A stretch of DNA of 64,000 bases, from contig CM082596.2 in the NCBI GenBank assembly GCA_040954595.2, positions 1,455,854 to 1,519,853 of the forward strand. Reading direction: 5' to 3'. Of the stretch, positions 1-11,592 are shown piece after piece. Position numbers and translations under genes: made by a program. The first letter of the stretch is position 1. Each line of letters opens with the position of its first letter. A model generated the notes under the pieces. That model did not search any database, was not told where the DNA came from, and saw only the letters and a program-made list of their open reading frames with translations. Origin of the DNA: Balanoglossus misakiensis. Taxonomy: Eukaryota; Animalia; Hemichordata.

Positions 1-124
1 TATAAAGTGATTGATAAGAGCTCGATAGTTTAACCTTTTCACCAAAATGGTTTGACCCAATCACATTGTTATCAACAATGTGATTGGCAAAGGTGGACTT
101 CAGGGCGGGTAATACCAGACTTAC

Positions 125-731
125 TCTGTAAGTGTAGACAGCACCAATATCCATCTTATAAGGACATGCTTTCTTGATTTCTTGTTCCATATCAAGCTGA
201 TTCACAAATGACTGATAACGGACGTAGACATCATTTTTCAATGTGAAAGAAAACTCGCGATAACTAAAGTAAGTTCTGGGAACTGAAATAGAATAGAAAC
301 ACTTTTACTAAATGTTGAAATTGACAATAAGTTGTTGTATTCAAAGACTTCCGGGGAACACTGTTTACCCCCATGTAGCTATGGTTTGATCCTGAACACA
401 AGCTCTGCGTCGCAGTACAGTTGCTCTAGGTTTCGCCTGGATTGGATTCGACGTCCAACCCTACCCTAACATCAGCCAAATCTCCAGCTACGGTAATGCA
501 ATGCAGCTAGCCACGAAAATGACATGTTGTCAACAACACGCGCACCAGTGCAGTAAACAACCAAACCGTTTACAGACGACAGAATCAGAATCTTTTGACT
601 GAATACTGAACAGGATACTTACATCCACCATAATTTAACCATCTGAAGTATGGTTCATATGGAAATAACCTTTTGTAGTATATCGTCAGCAACCCTGGGA
701 GATCTTGTGGGTCATATTCAACTGGTTCCAT
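125..731 (-). CDS. PRIM1: DNA primase small (catalytic) subunit, first two coding exons; gene continues beyond window start
   Basis: Exons 731-623 and 282-125 with GT-AG sites splice to MEPVEYDPQDLPGLLTIYYKRLFPYEPYFRWLNYGGFPRTYFSYREFSFTLKNDVYVRYQSF...CPYKMDIGAVYTYR. This matches the PRIM1 N-terminus (YYxRLFP, REFSFTL, PYKxDIGAVY). Confidence 0.96.
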
Positions 732-770
732 GTCGATATCCGCTATGATCATGTACCCTTTCTTCAGCAT

Positions 771-825
771 ACGCGTATTTCGCGCGATTTTTATATAACC
801 TTTGACCTCGGAAGACCCCGCCCCT
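771..825 (-). promoter_or_regulatory. PRIM1 proximal promoter with E2F site and GC box
   Basis: TTTCGCGC at 778-785 and CCCCGCCCC at about 816-824, in a CpG-rich patch 50-90 bp upstream of the ATG. E2F control is typical of replication genes. Confidence 0.55.
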
Positions 826-1586
826 CTGCATTCCCAGAGAATAAAACACATTGTATTTTTGATATTTTGTACATTTTTGTCACGCATTTTAATGACAGAC
901 ACATCACACATGATAAAGATGAAAATAAAATGGTCCACACACGCTTGGCAAAGCATGCGAGATTCGTACGTGACAAAATCAGGGCGTCGCCTCTGCATCA
1001 AAATCGTGTTCAGATTAACATTGCAATGTGGAAGTCCGGTATCTTATTAAACACATAACATCACATATTCTAGACTGGTTGGTACAAAAGGGCCTTGTGA
1101 TGTAAAAGAATAAAAATTATGTTACTTGATGGCAGAGCTTTCGTGTATCAGATATTTGAATTTATGTAGTATGGTGCAGATTGCCACCTACATGTATTTG
1201 CGTTGCGTCTTTTTATGACAAGGAAGTGTGCTTGCGTGTGTTCATTTCGCACTGCAAATAGGGGGCATAAAGAATGATAAAGATTGCACTATGTAAGTAT
1301 TGAAGACGTCGTTTACTTCTAAAAGCATGATTTCAGTTCTGTGAGAAATGTAAAGCTTGATGCGTGCTAAATTATTCTGAACGAGAGTCCGAGTTTCGGC
1401 GAGACTTCCGATATGGCCATAAGTATGTAAATATTCACAGATATGTTGATGAAGGAAAGTGGGGATACATTGAACTATTTTCAGTGAATTTCTTGCAGAA
1501 AACCAGGTTTAATCCCGGGTTTGAACAACCTGACACGCGCGGACAGGAATCATAAAGCTGTATATTTCTTGCCTCTCAAGAGGACA

Positions 1587-1638
1587 CCGTCAATGACCTT
1601 TGGCACCGCGTCTCTGAAAAGTCAAAGGTCATTGACGG
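1587..1638. repeat. Perfect 16-bp inverted repeat with 20-bp spacer, followed by a CTCF-like motif
   Basis: ccgtcaatgacctttg (1587-1602) pairs with caaaggtcattgacgg (1623-1638); gcgccctctggag follows immediately. Confidence 0.8.
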
Positions 1639-2105
1639 CGCCCTCTGGAGAGGCACATGTATCTCCTCTTGTTTTCTTGCCCCTATCACAAATCCAGCTA
1701 TCTGATTGGCTAAGCCGGGATTTGTATTTGATTGTACTGGTATACTAGTTATAAACACTGATAATACACTGACTACAGTGGCATGCATATAAAATATAAA
1801 TTAAAGCTAGATTACAATAGTCTGGATGATAATCAGTAATACTTTATGCAGGTACAGCATGTATTAAAACCTGCACACTGGCATATATGTACATTGCACT
1901 ATCACCCATGGTAAACAGTCATTTGATTTTATCTGATAGGTTATTCCTGGCTGACATGCAAAGTTTGCTTTGTTGCTAGGAAAGTGGAGAGAGATGTCAA
2001 CACTAAGGAGTACTGTTGAATCAGTACAGCTTTCATGGAACTACTAGTCATCGCCTTTATACACTTTGAATAAATTTCCGTCCACTAACAAGAGAAAAGA
2101 ACAAA

Positions 2106-4946
2106 ATGGGAGAGAACAAAGCAACAATAGATACTGCAACAGGGGTAGCGACCAGTGATCAGAGTTACAACTTCTTGATGTTAACCCACCAAAAAAGAAA
2201 AGAAAATCCTTTCTTTGATAAGTTCACAAAAAGAACGCGTTTAGAAACTGATGCACAATCCCAAAGTACTGATGGAAATGTTGCAAGTGGCAGTACTGAA
2301 AATTATCCAAGACATGAGCCCAGTAGAACTGACCGTGGAAAGGAGATTGCTGCTCCCGAAGAAGAGATGATGACAGAAACTACAGAAGGGATTAAGAAGT
2401 TGACAATAGAGGAAAGAAAAGCACTTGAGGAACATCAGAAGCTTAACCAGCAACAGTCTCAATATGGCGATGATTGCGATAGTGATTTGGATTCTGTGTC
2501 AAAGGCAATTCCTGAAGGAGACGGTACTGAGATGACGCAGGAAGAGGGAGAGTCATTGGCAAAACCAATCCAAGCTGATCACAGTGCGGGATTTGAATCA
2601 CCATCACCATTACAGAGCTCAGATTCAAGGCAGCAGAGTTTGGTGAGTGACCCAAACCAGGGTGCATCAATATCGTGGAAAAATCCAGTACAAACTGAGC
2701 CAAGTGGGGATAATCAGTCGAGTATGGGATCAACACTGGCAAAACCGATACCGGCTTGTGAGAGTAGTGTGGGATCACATCCAGATCTACAGAGTGACTC
2801 ACCATCATCATTACGCAGTTCAGATTTAGTGATTCAGAGTTTGGTGAGTGACCCAAATCTGGCAAAACCGATACAAAGAGATCAGAGTTCACAGTTGAAT
2901 CCAAATCAGCAAAGCTTGCCAACATCATCGGCATCATCATCATCATTATGGTCAGCACGATATGCAGTAGAAGCCGAATCAAGGGGCCAGAATGCAGAGC
3001 AACAGCGAATGCCTCAAACTGTACCAATCTCTCTGGGCAGGCAACGGATACCAGGACATGTGGAGACAAATTCACAGTTATCAGCTCCTCCGAGTATGGT
3101 ACCGCAATCATATCAGAGTAGTCCATCATTTCAACAACCAATCCAAGCTGTATCGTTTGGGCAGAATGCAGCATTTCAACAAACCCCACCATGCCAGGAA
3201 TGCATGAGAAGGCAAATTGTGGCGACAGAATCCACGGCGACACAGACCGATGAGTCATCTTTCATGGGTCACACTCAACCAGCCGACTATCCCATGATGC
3301 AACAAGCACAACCTGTACCAGTGCCATCACAGCAGATGAGCCCCCAACCTGTCCCAAACCTGATGAGCCCGCAACCTGTCCCAAACATGCAACAGGCAGT
3401 GGTGCAGAGGCAAAGTTCAATGTCATTGGTGGTGCAGAGGTCGTCGTCACTGGGAATGGACCTGTGTGAAGACACAGAAATGGTTCCATCTGCAGCAGCA
3501 CCAAGATCTGCACCTCCAGTCATCGTCCAATCAGGTATTGTAAATTAGTTGTGTTGCACTCTTGAATACTTAAAGTGGGATCTGTTATGGCTTATGCACG
3601 AGGACCTTTTGATTCCATGTTGTGTTCCCAATAAACAGTTCCGTGCTTAGACAAGAGCTAATTGTCCTCCCCTCTTCAATTGATCATGTTTGTAACGTCC
3701 ATTTCCTTATTATCTTTCTGTTTCAGACAACTCGGCCATGTTTGTATCAAGAACCTCGGGAAACGACTTTGGACGGAGCAGTCTCTTCAATCGTTTCCTA
3801 GCACCGCTTGTTTCCACGTTCGGGATGGCAGTATTCACACCAGTGTTACAGAGAAACAAGCAACCTGTATTGAAAGATGATCACTCAGGCGTCTTCAAAC
3901 TTCACCCAATAGAAGAGAAACTTGCCAGGTTGAACCATCGTGAGCCCAGCATCGACTGGTTCTACCAACATCGTAGTTTATATCCATATTTCAACGAGCT
4001 ACCAAACGTCAGAAGCATAATCAGTTACTTGTCAGTAGGGGAGGACAAGGGGTTGATAGAAGCTGCAAAAGATTTCAAGCAGTCTCTCTTCCCCAGAGCG
4101 AAATTGATTTATTTCAATGTGGCTATCCCGGAAGATTATGGGGATACACAGGGGGAGGCTGAATCCCTGGATAATGCACAAACAGCAGATGTAGTCTTTT
4201 CACTCGGCCATCAAATTTATTACCACTTTGAGAATAAGTACAAAGCCCTGTATGAAGCACACCCACGCCATCTTCTTTACCTCCCTCCACTTTCAGAGAT
4301 GTTTATTAACACTGAAGTGATCCCAACTGAAGGCAAAGTGCAGGTTCTCAGTGTCTGTAATGTTACATGTGAATCTGACTTTCATAGGTTCACACTAGGC
4401 GCAGTTTCCATGGGGAAGTTGGTCAATGCATATTATCATGCCTATGAACACCTTCCTGTATGGAGTGTGATTGGCGTTGACAAGAGTTTACTTTTGGAAT
4501 TTGAAAAGTTCTTGCAAGAAAAGGCAAATTCCCGGCAGCTGCGAATTAATGTTTACTCCAGTAAGTCAATGAAAGAATTCCGGAGGAGTCTTCTCCAGAG
4601 TGTGTTATTCATCGCTCCGGAGAAAACAGATTCCTTTAATTTCCCGGCATATTTGGCACTGCAGACAGGTATCCCTGTTTTGGTCCCCAGATGTTCAGGG
4701 CTGTTCACGTTTCTTGAGCGTTTGTTTGAGTTCAAAGACTACGCGAATTATTTCAGTGTTGAGACAGGCTTGCGAGATTCTTCTTTGGAGCAGGATGGTG
4801 ATAGGTGGAGAGATATCATGGTGTCTAGGTTGAACCCCTCAAGGAAGGAAATTGCCTTCAAAAGAGGCCAAGAGTTGAAAAAGGATCTGAAAGAGTGTCA
4901 ATTACTTCAACAGCATCATGAGATTTTCTTGAGGGAATTGCTGTAG
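2106..4946 (+). CDS. Paralogue 1: disordered Q/S/P-rich N-terminus plus degenerate GT-B (GT4/Glycos_transf_1-like) domain, about 882 aa
   Basis: Exon 2106-3534 (donor tcag|gtattg) joins exon 3727-4946 (acceptor tttcag|ac) in phase 1. The C-terminus has GT4-like blocks FNVAIPED, ADVVFSLGHQIYYHF, QVLSVCNV and SVLFIAPEKTDSFNFPAYLALQTGIPVLVPRCSGL. Confidence 0.85.
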
Positions 4947-4962
4947 AGAAAGAATGCTTTCA

Positions 4963-4979
4963 CCCCCCCCCCCCCCCCC
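4963..4979. repeat. poly(C)17 tract just after the paralogue 1 stop codon
   Basis: Run of 17 C read directly from the sequence. Confidence 0.9.
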
Positions 4980-6012
4980 ATTTCCCCCTATAGAGGTCCA
5001 ACCTTATTAGAAAACAATGGGTTTGGACTAAACCATGACGGTGAAAAGGTGAAAGGCCCATATGTGCTACCAGTGTTACAGCCTCCCTACAGTGTTAAAG
5101 AAGCTGCATTTAGTATCAATGCTTCTTTCTACGTTAACAGGCTTTTAGAAAGTGTACATAGTGTTTTGATGTAGCTATTTTTAAAATTTACAAAGAGCAA
5201 CATATTAAATATGTAAACTGTATGTAAATTGTGTAAATAGTATCACTAAAAAATTGTACCATAACATGTAACTTTGACCTATAAATGTACTTCCATTCAG
5301 TTATGTTTCAGACTGATTTTACGTGATAGTTATTTCACTGAATGCATATAAAGACAAGAACAGTCTTTGCAAGTATGTAACTATGAAATTTCAAGCCACT
5401 TACTGAATGAAGAATGCCTAAAATGTATTGTGGAAAAGTCTTAATATTTGATGTAAGGGTCATGACTGAATATTTTAACCATGATTTTGACATCTTGCTT
5501 TTTCTTTGGGGGTTTTCAGTAAGATTTACTCAAAAAACAACATTGTGTCATATTAACGAATGAATACTGTATCTTGACATCACATACATTTTGACTAAAA
5601 ACTATGTAGTATAGTTCTGGGGGAAAATACTGACTTTTGAAGGATTTGAGCTACTATTTGTCCACTTCTGTGGATAGAAAAAAATGAACACTTCCCGTTT
5701 CTCAACCTGTGAATCACTTTTACAGAGTTAGATCATTGTGAGTGTACACTGAATTTCTGAATAAATCTCTTTAATTTTAACAGTTTGAAGTCTACATGTG
5801 TTGTGTCATGGATTATGTACAGCTACATAGTGTGTGAAATATCCCATATGACTGATACACGCACATTATTATTCTAACTTATATCTGAATGCCATATTCT
5901 TACATTCTGAAATTATTTCTGGTATTAAAAAGAGACAGCAAGTTAGCAAAACTTTGAATGCCGAGTGGGCAGCATCTTCTGCGACAATGATTTGCCAAAT
6001 ATTTAATTACAC

Positions 6013-6279
6013 AAAGTTGAAACTGAAAGTTGAAGTTTTGGGGGTCAGAAATGAGAACGAGGCCATCCTATGACCCGAATATGAGGTCATTCCATGACCC
6101 TAACAGTATGGGTCATACGAGGACAGCAAAGTTATATGGGGTCATACGAGGACAGAAAGCCAGAATAAAACAGTGAGCGCCTTACTGCCGTGTTTGCAAA
6201 GTTTGTTGTCGATAGCAGTCGTTAGTATTTCTTCTGGAATACTTTGCTGTATTTGAGATATCATCATTTTCAGACATAG
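6013..6279 (+). promoter_or_regulatory. Putative promoter and non-coding first exon of paralogue 2, with ISRE-like element and repeated (A/G)GGTCA half-sites
   Basis: GAAACTGAAAGT at 6019-6030; direct repeat gggtcatacgaggacag at about 6110-6126 and 6139-6155; CpG-enriched; donor atag|gtacgt at 6279/6280 and acceptor ccgcag at 7119 just before the ATG at 7126. Confidence 0.5.
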
Positions 6280-7125
6280 GTACGTGGTGTTCTCATTTGG
6301 CTACATAACGTTCTGATCGGAAATGTTTTTGATGTGTGAGTGTACGTGTGACGGGTGGGTGGTGTATCGCTGTACCCTACGAATTTTACGATATGTTGAA
6401 CGAATTTATCAACTGATCAAGTTCCTCTTAGTCTTAGAGTTAAAAGAAAAATGCATCACCTGCTCTGGATTGCGTGTTTGGTATAGGGACAAACCATTTT
6501 ACATGTCAATTACATTTTCCCGATCTTCGTACATCATTTTTTAATACATGATTATTAGTAAAATTGTACACGGAAATGAGAATTTTAATAACGAACTTTG
6601 TTCTGGCGAATTGAACTTTGATCAACCTAGTACAATACCAGCTTGAATGTCGTAAGCCAGTTTTAAATATCCCTTGTATATTTCAAGAGAGTTTGCTACA
6701 AAAAGCGTTGATGTACATTTCATTTACAGTGTGCCTTTCACATTGGAGGTGGCCATATTGTTGCATCAGGGTTTTTCCCCGAATTCCTCAGACTTTCGGG
6801 GAATTACGCATAATCATTTTGGGGGCTCGACATCATATTATTTTAATAGACACGACAGTCGCCTGTCGGGATTTCTGCGTCTCGTTGTCAGAGTGAAACT
6901 GTCCTGTTTTACATTAGTTATTGAAATTATTTTAAAATTACTCAACCCACATCGTTTTTCTATGAGTCAGTTGCCAGGTTGGTGTTGGGAAAATCCCCTA
7001 CGTCATTTCATGAAGAATTACATAACATGCCACTTTGAGAGGGTTTGTGTTCAGTTTATTATACTGCCAGAATTCAGTTCATCTGAAGACTATTGCCTTT
7101 CATCTGCTCTTTTCCGCAGGAAATA

Positions 7126-9656
7126 ATGGCATCTAAACAATTTAGTGTCGAGAAATCACAGCGCCATGGTAAATCTGAGCGTGGGAATATAGTGGCATAT
7201 CCTCAAAGTTATGTTTCAGAGATTGCTGGGCAGATGGAAAATCTGACAACACAAGAAAATCGTGATGATGCACCTTCATCAGAAACATTGAGGGATACAG
7301 AAGTGTCCCGTGCTGGCCAAGAGCAGTCTGCATCACCACATACAGGTTTACCAGAGAGTTGTACAAGTATGCCTTCATCTAGCCCACAACAATCTGACTC
7401 TTTGGCAAAAGGAGTGCCTACAGCAGACAGTGATTTTGCTGTTATACCATCAACATTAGAAGTGAATAAGTCCTTGATAGCCCAACTCCCTGGGATGGGA
7501 AATATCAGTGATACAGCTCCTGTACCCAGACCATCACATCCAGACCCCTTGGAAAAAGGATTAACTCATAGAGATCATGGAGCAGCTCTCCCACAAGACG
7601 TGTTACCTGCAGTTCCACAGCAAGATGGATCCAAAACTGGAAAAGCACTGAAGAGTGAACCTGAGACAAAGTTACCTGCAGACGGAACAGAGGCAGAACT
7701 GTTGTCACCGACACCATATAGTCAGGAGGAGCAAGGATCCATCATTGGAAGGGTGTCTGAGAAAGAATCACAGCCTGTGAGGACCACTGGCAATGAAGGA
7801 GTTGGACCACCAGCATCAGAACAACGGGAGAATAGAGATGGAGATATGGGGGTCACAGATCTCAACTCAGAAGAGAAGTCAGAATCAATCGCAATGGCAG
7901 TACAGGAGACAGCTGATGATGCCTTGTCCCAGACAACCGCATCAGTCCAGAAAGGGAGTGAAGAAGTGGTCGAGAGAAGTCCAGACGTGCAGACAGAACC
8001 ACCACCACTGAGTACTTCTGTGGAGACACAAACAGAGGTGAAGGAGTTTTCAACCATAGCAACTCAAACAGATGAGTCGTCTTTCCATGTCCAAGTAGTT
8101 GAAGACCCCATGATGGAATGTGCTGAGTTTGATTCATCCACTACACCAGTGCTAGCCCAGCAATTTCAAGACGAACATGCACCAGAAATGGAGAACCCTG
8201 ATCCAGAGATTGAAATCCACGATGACCCGGTGCCCATTGACTTCACAGGTGTGTATTGAAGTACTTGAAAGAAATGAGACTTTCAATATTCCATCGAACC
8301 GTGCTCATATGCAATGCGGCTAAATGTCTTGGCTGAATATTTTATTCTTCCCTATTTCTCTATGCTTTCATACATGTATTTCAGACACATGTCAATTAAT
8401 ATCAAGTTGCCATGTGCTTATATTTTCTTTCAGATAAGTCGGCCATGTTTGTATCAAGAACCTGGGGAATTGACTTTGGGCGGAGCAGTATCTTCAATGG
8501 TTTCCTAGCAACGCTTGTTTCCATGATTGGGATGACAGTTTTCGCTCCAGTGCTGCAAAGAAGTAACCATCGTGTGGTGAAGGATCCTGAGTCTACTGTC
8601 TATAAAGTTCACCCAGATGAGGAAAAACTACAACGATTGAGCTATAAGGAGCCTAGTATGGATTGGTATTACCAGCACCAAAGTTTATATCCACATTTCA
8701 GTGAACTACGCAATGTAACAAGCATTATTGGGTATTTATCAGTCGGTGAGGACAGAGGGTTAATAGGCGCTGTGAAGGACTTCAAAGAGACAGTATTCAC
8801 GGGGGTCAAATTAATTTATTTTAATTTAGTTGTACCGGAAGATTTTGATGATCATGAGGGTGAGAGTGTTGCCATAGAGAATGTATCAGCTGCAGATGTG
8901 GTTTTTTCAGTTGGCCATCAAGTGCACGAGCACTTTGAAAATAAATACACGTGTGAGGAAGAGCCACCACTTCACCACTTGTACTTGCCTCCTGTTTCAG
9001 AAATGTTCATGAAAACTGCAGTAGTTCCGCCAAAAGGTGGGAGTAGACATCAACAGGTTCTTAGTGTTTGTCATGTCAATAATGAATCTGACTTTGAAAA
9101 GCATACACTTGGTGCTGTTGCTATGGGGAAACTGGCAAGTATGTGTTCAGTGGCTCGTGATTGTGTTCCAAAGTGGAATATTATCGGGGTGGACAAAAAA
9201 ATGATCTTGAAATTTAAGCAGTTTCTGCAAGCAAAGGCAAGTTGTGAAAAGCTTCATATTTCTGTAACTGCAGTAAATTCCCTGAAAGGTTTTCAGAGAT
9301 GTCTTCTCCAGAGTGTGTTATTCATCGCTCCGGAGAATGATTCCTTTAATTTTCTGGCATATTTAGCAATGCAGACAGGTATCCCTGTTTTGGTCCCTAG
9401 CTGTTCTGGATTGACCATGTTTCTTGAGCACCTGTTCCCCGTTAAAGGCCACGCTGATCAATGCAAAGTTGAGACCAGTGTGACAAATACAAGCACCTCC
9501 CTACGTATGGATGGTGAGAATTGGAAGAGGTCTATGATGAAGATTCTCAAAAACACAGATGTTGCCTTCTCAAAAGCTGAGTTCTTGAAAACTGATCTGA
9601 GAAATTGTGTACAACTTACAGCATCACATCAAAAATTTCTGGAAGTGTTAGCATAA
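7126..9656 (+). CDS. Paralogue 2: disordered acidic N-terminus plus degenerate GT-B (GT4-like) domain, about 781 aa
   Basis: Exon 7126-8248 (acag|gtgtgt) joins exon 8434-9656 (tttcag|at). The phase-1 intron position is the same as in paralogue 1. The C-terminal exon aligns end to end with paralogue 1 (SAMFVSRT, EPSxDW, YLSVGEDxGLI, PED, YLPPxSEMF, LLQSVLFIAPE, QTGIPVLVP). Confidence 0.87.
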
Positions 9657-11592
9657 TGATGTTGATTCATAGTCAGGAATCTCATCTGTCATGAGTTTGT
9701 TTATATTCAACTCATTGTAGGGTACTTATGTTCAAGGTAGCCAACATCTAGAGAACCAGCTCTGGTTTGAGGTTTCTGACCATGTATTGTGCACACACGT
9801 CTTTCCTCAGTTGATCTGACAACATGAATTCAAGTCAGTGTATGACTATATGTATCAAATATTTGAACTATTGCCATTGACTGGGATGATTTTGGAAGCA
9901 AATTAATTCTGTCTGTATTAAAGGGAGGCAAAGTTATTATCTACATTATTTTGGATACTTTTGTTTTGTGAGACTACCTCCAAATTGTTGTTAATACTAT
10001 GCTTTTACATAATCTGTATTACCCACCACACATAGCATCATTGAAGTGTTTTAGTTTTGCCTGCTAATTTCTTTTAATGTATTTGAATTATCTCACTTGT
10101 AAACATGTACAAACATGTAATAACTGTAGAATATGTTGATATGTGGATACTTAATTTGTTAATTGTACATACTGATAATGGCTAGTTATGTATAGCTATT
10201 TATACTTACTTCAAAGATATGACTTTAAGACATGAGCAATTTATGAAAAACAGGAACTTTAAAGTGAGTTATCAACTTTTTTCCACGCAATCCAGTAATG
10301 TGATTTGATATAAGGCATCAAGAATTATGTCTTTCTGTTGCATGATGATTATTACAATATGAATGATCAATAAATTCATAAAGTTATTCATTGTATATGT
10401 TCATTTGGTTGTTTATTGACCTGTCCTGTGTGGTATGAGTATATTTTGACCAACAAGAGCTGGATTTTCCATGGCAGAATTATAACCAAGTGCATTCCAC
10501 ATTTACATCAATGGAAACAGCAGAAAAAGTTTTCATGTCGTTGGTGGTGCTATAAAACAGTTTGGTTATCTCAAAATTCAAAGGAAAAACTGATTTTCAT
10601 ATTTATTAGAAGGGTTATGCTACACCTATTGTGGTTACGTCTAAACAGAAAGCACTGTAGTACATTTCACAACTTGCCCAATACAAAAGGAACACAATAT
10701 GAAATTCTACATTTGTGTAAATAACTGACCACGCGATTACAGGAGACATAAGACACTGATCTGAACGTACGTCAAGAAAACAAAGAAAAGTAAATGAACG
10801 TGAGAACTTTGAAGAGGTCAGGCAAGATACTTGATAGAGCTTTTATGATTGGACGAGTGTATCAAAGCTAGCTAAAAAGTTACTATGGAATACAAATACA
10901 AAATGTGGATGTGTACACAAGTCTAATATTGAAGTGACTGTCCGGATATACAGTACAAAAACCAGGCAGTGGCCGAACTTCCACAAATTTGTTTGATTTG
11001 AAGATCTATTCACTCTAGATCCTTCAGCCTATGTTGACTATGTCAACTTTGGACTAGTATGTCTGTCCTCTGCCTCCCCGACATAAGAGGGTTTACAGCA
11101 GGGACCCGCAGCAAGATCAGGGAGTGTTTTCTATGCATGGGCCCGCACTCTGAAATAATATGCTGGTTTTATTGGAGAACCAGGTCACTCCATGACTGTG
11201 CTGGAAGTAGTTATTTTAAAAACTGTTGACTTTTATTTTGCTGGTACATATATACACCCAATCTGAAATGGACATGGTGAAACAGCAGGAAACGTTCCTA
11301 TAATAGCCCAGAGATTAGCTGACAGTGTAGCAATATGTATGATAATTTATTGCACCATAAAGGACGTCAATGTGTTGTACTGATGCTTATGCACGGCCAC
11401 CCCCATTAACAAATAGTACAGTCCCATGAGTTAGATTAAAGTGTGGACTTTGGTTCAGGATTTGTATACTGGGGTGTGCTGACGCCACGTGACTAATAAG
11501 CTTACCTAGTTGTCGCATGATCGGAAGATTCATATAGTCCTGATAATTCCATTGATATCTGTTTAATAGACGTCCACAAATTATCTCTGAAG

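Noticed and set aside
585-1001. N-terminally extended 138-aa PRIM1 ORF from the ORF track
   Set aside because: Similarity starts at ATG 731; the upstream part is promoter/UTR and the tail reads into intron 1.
2443-3258. 271-aa minus-strand ORF and other ORFs overlapping the paralogue N-terminal exons
   Set aside because: Antisense shadows of low-complexity coding sequence.
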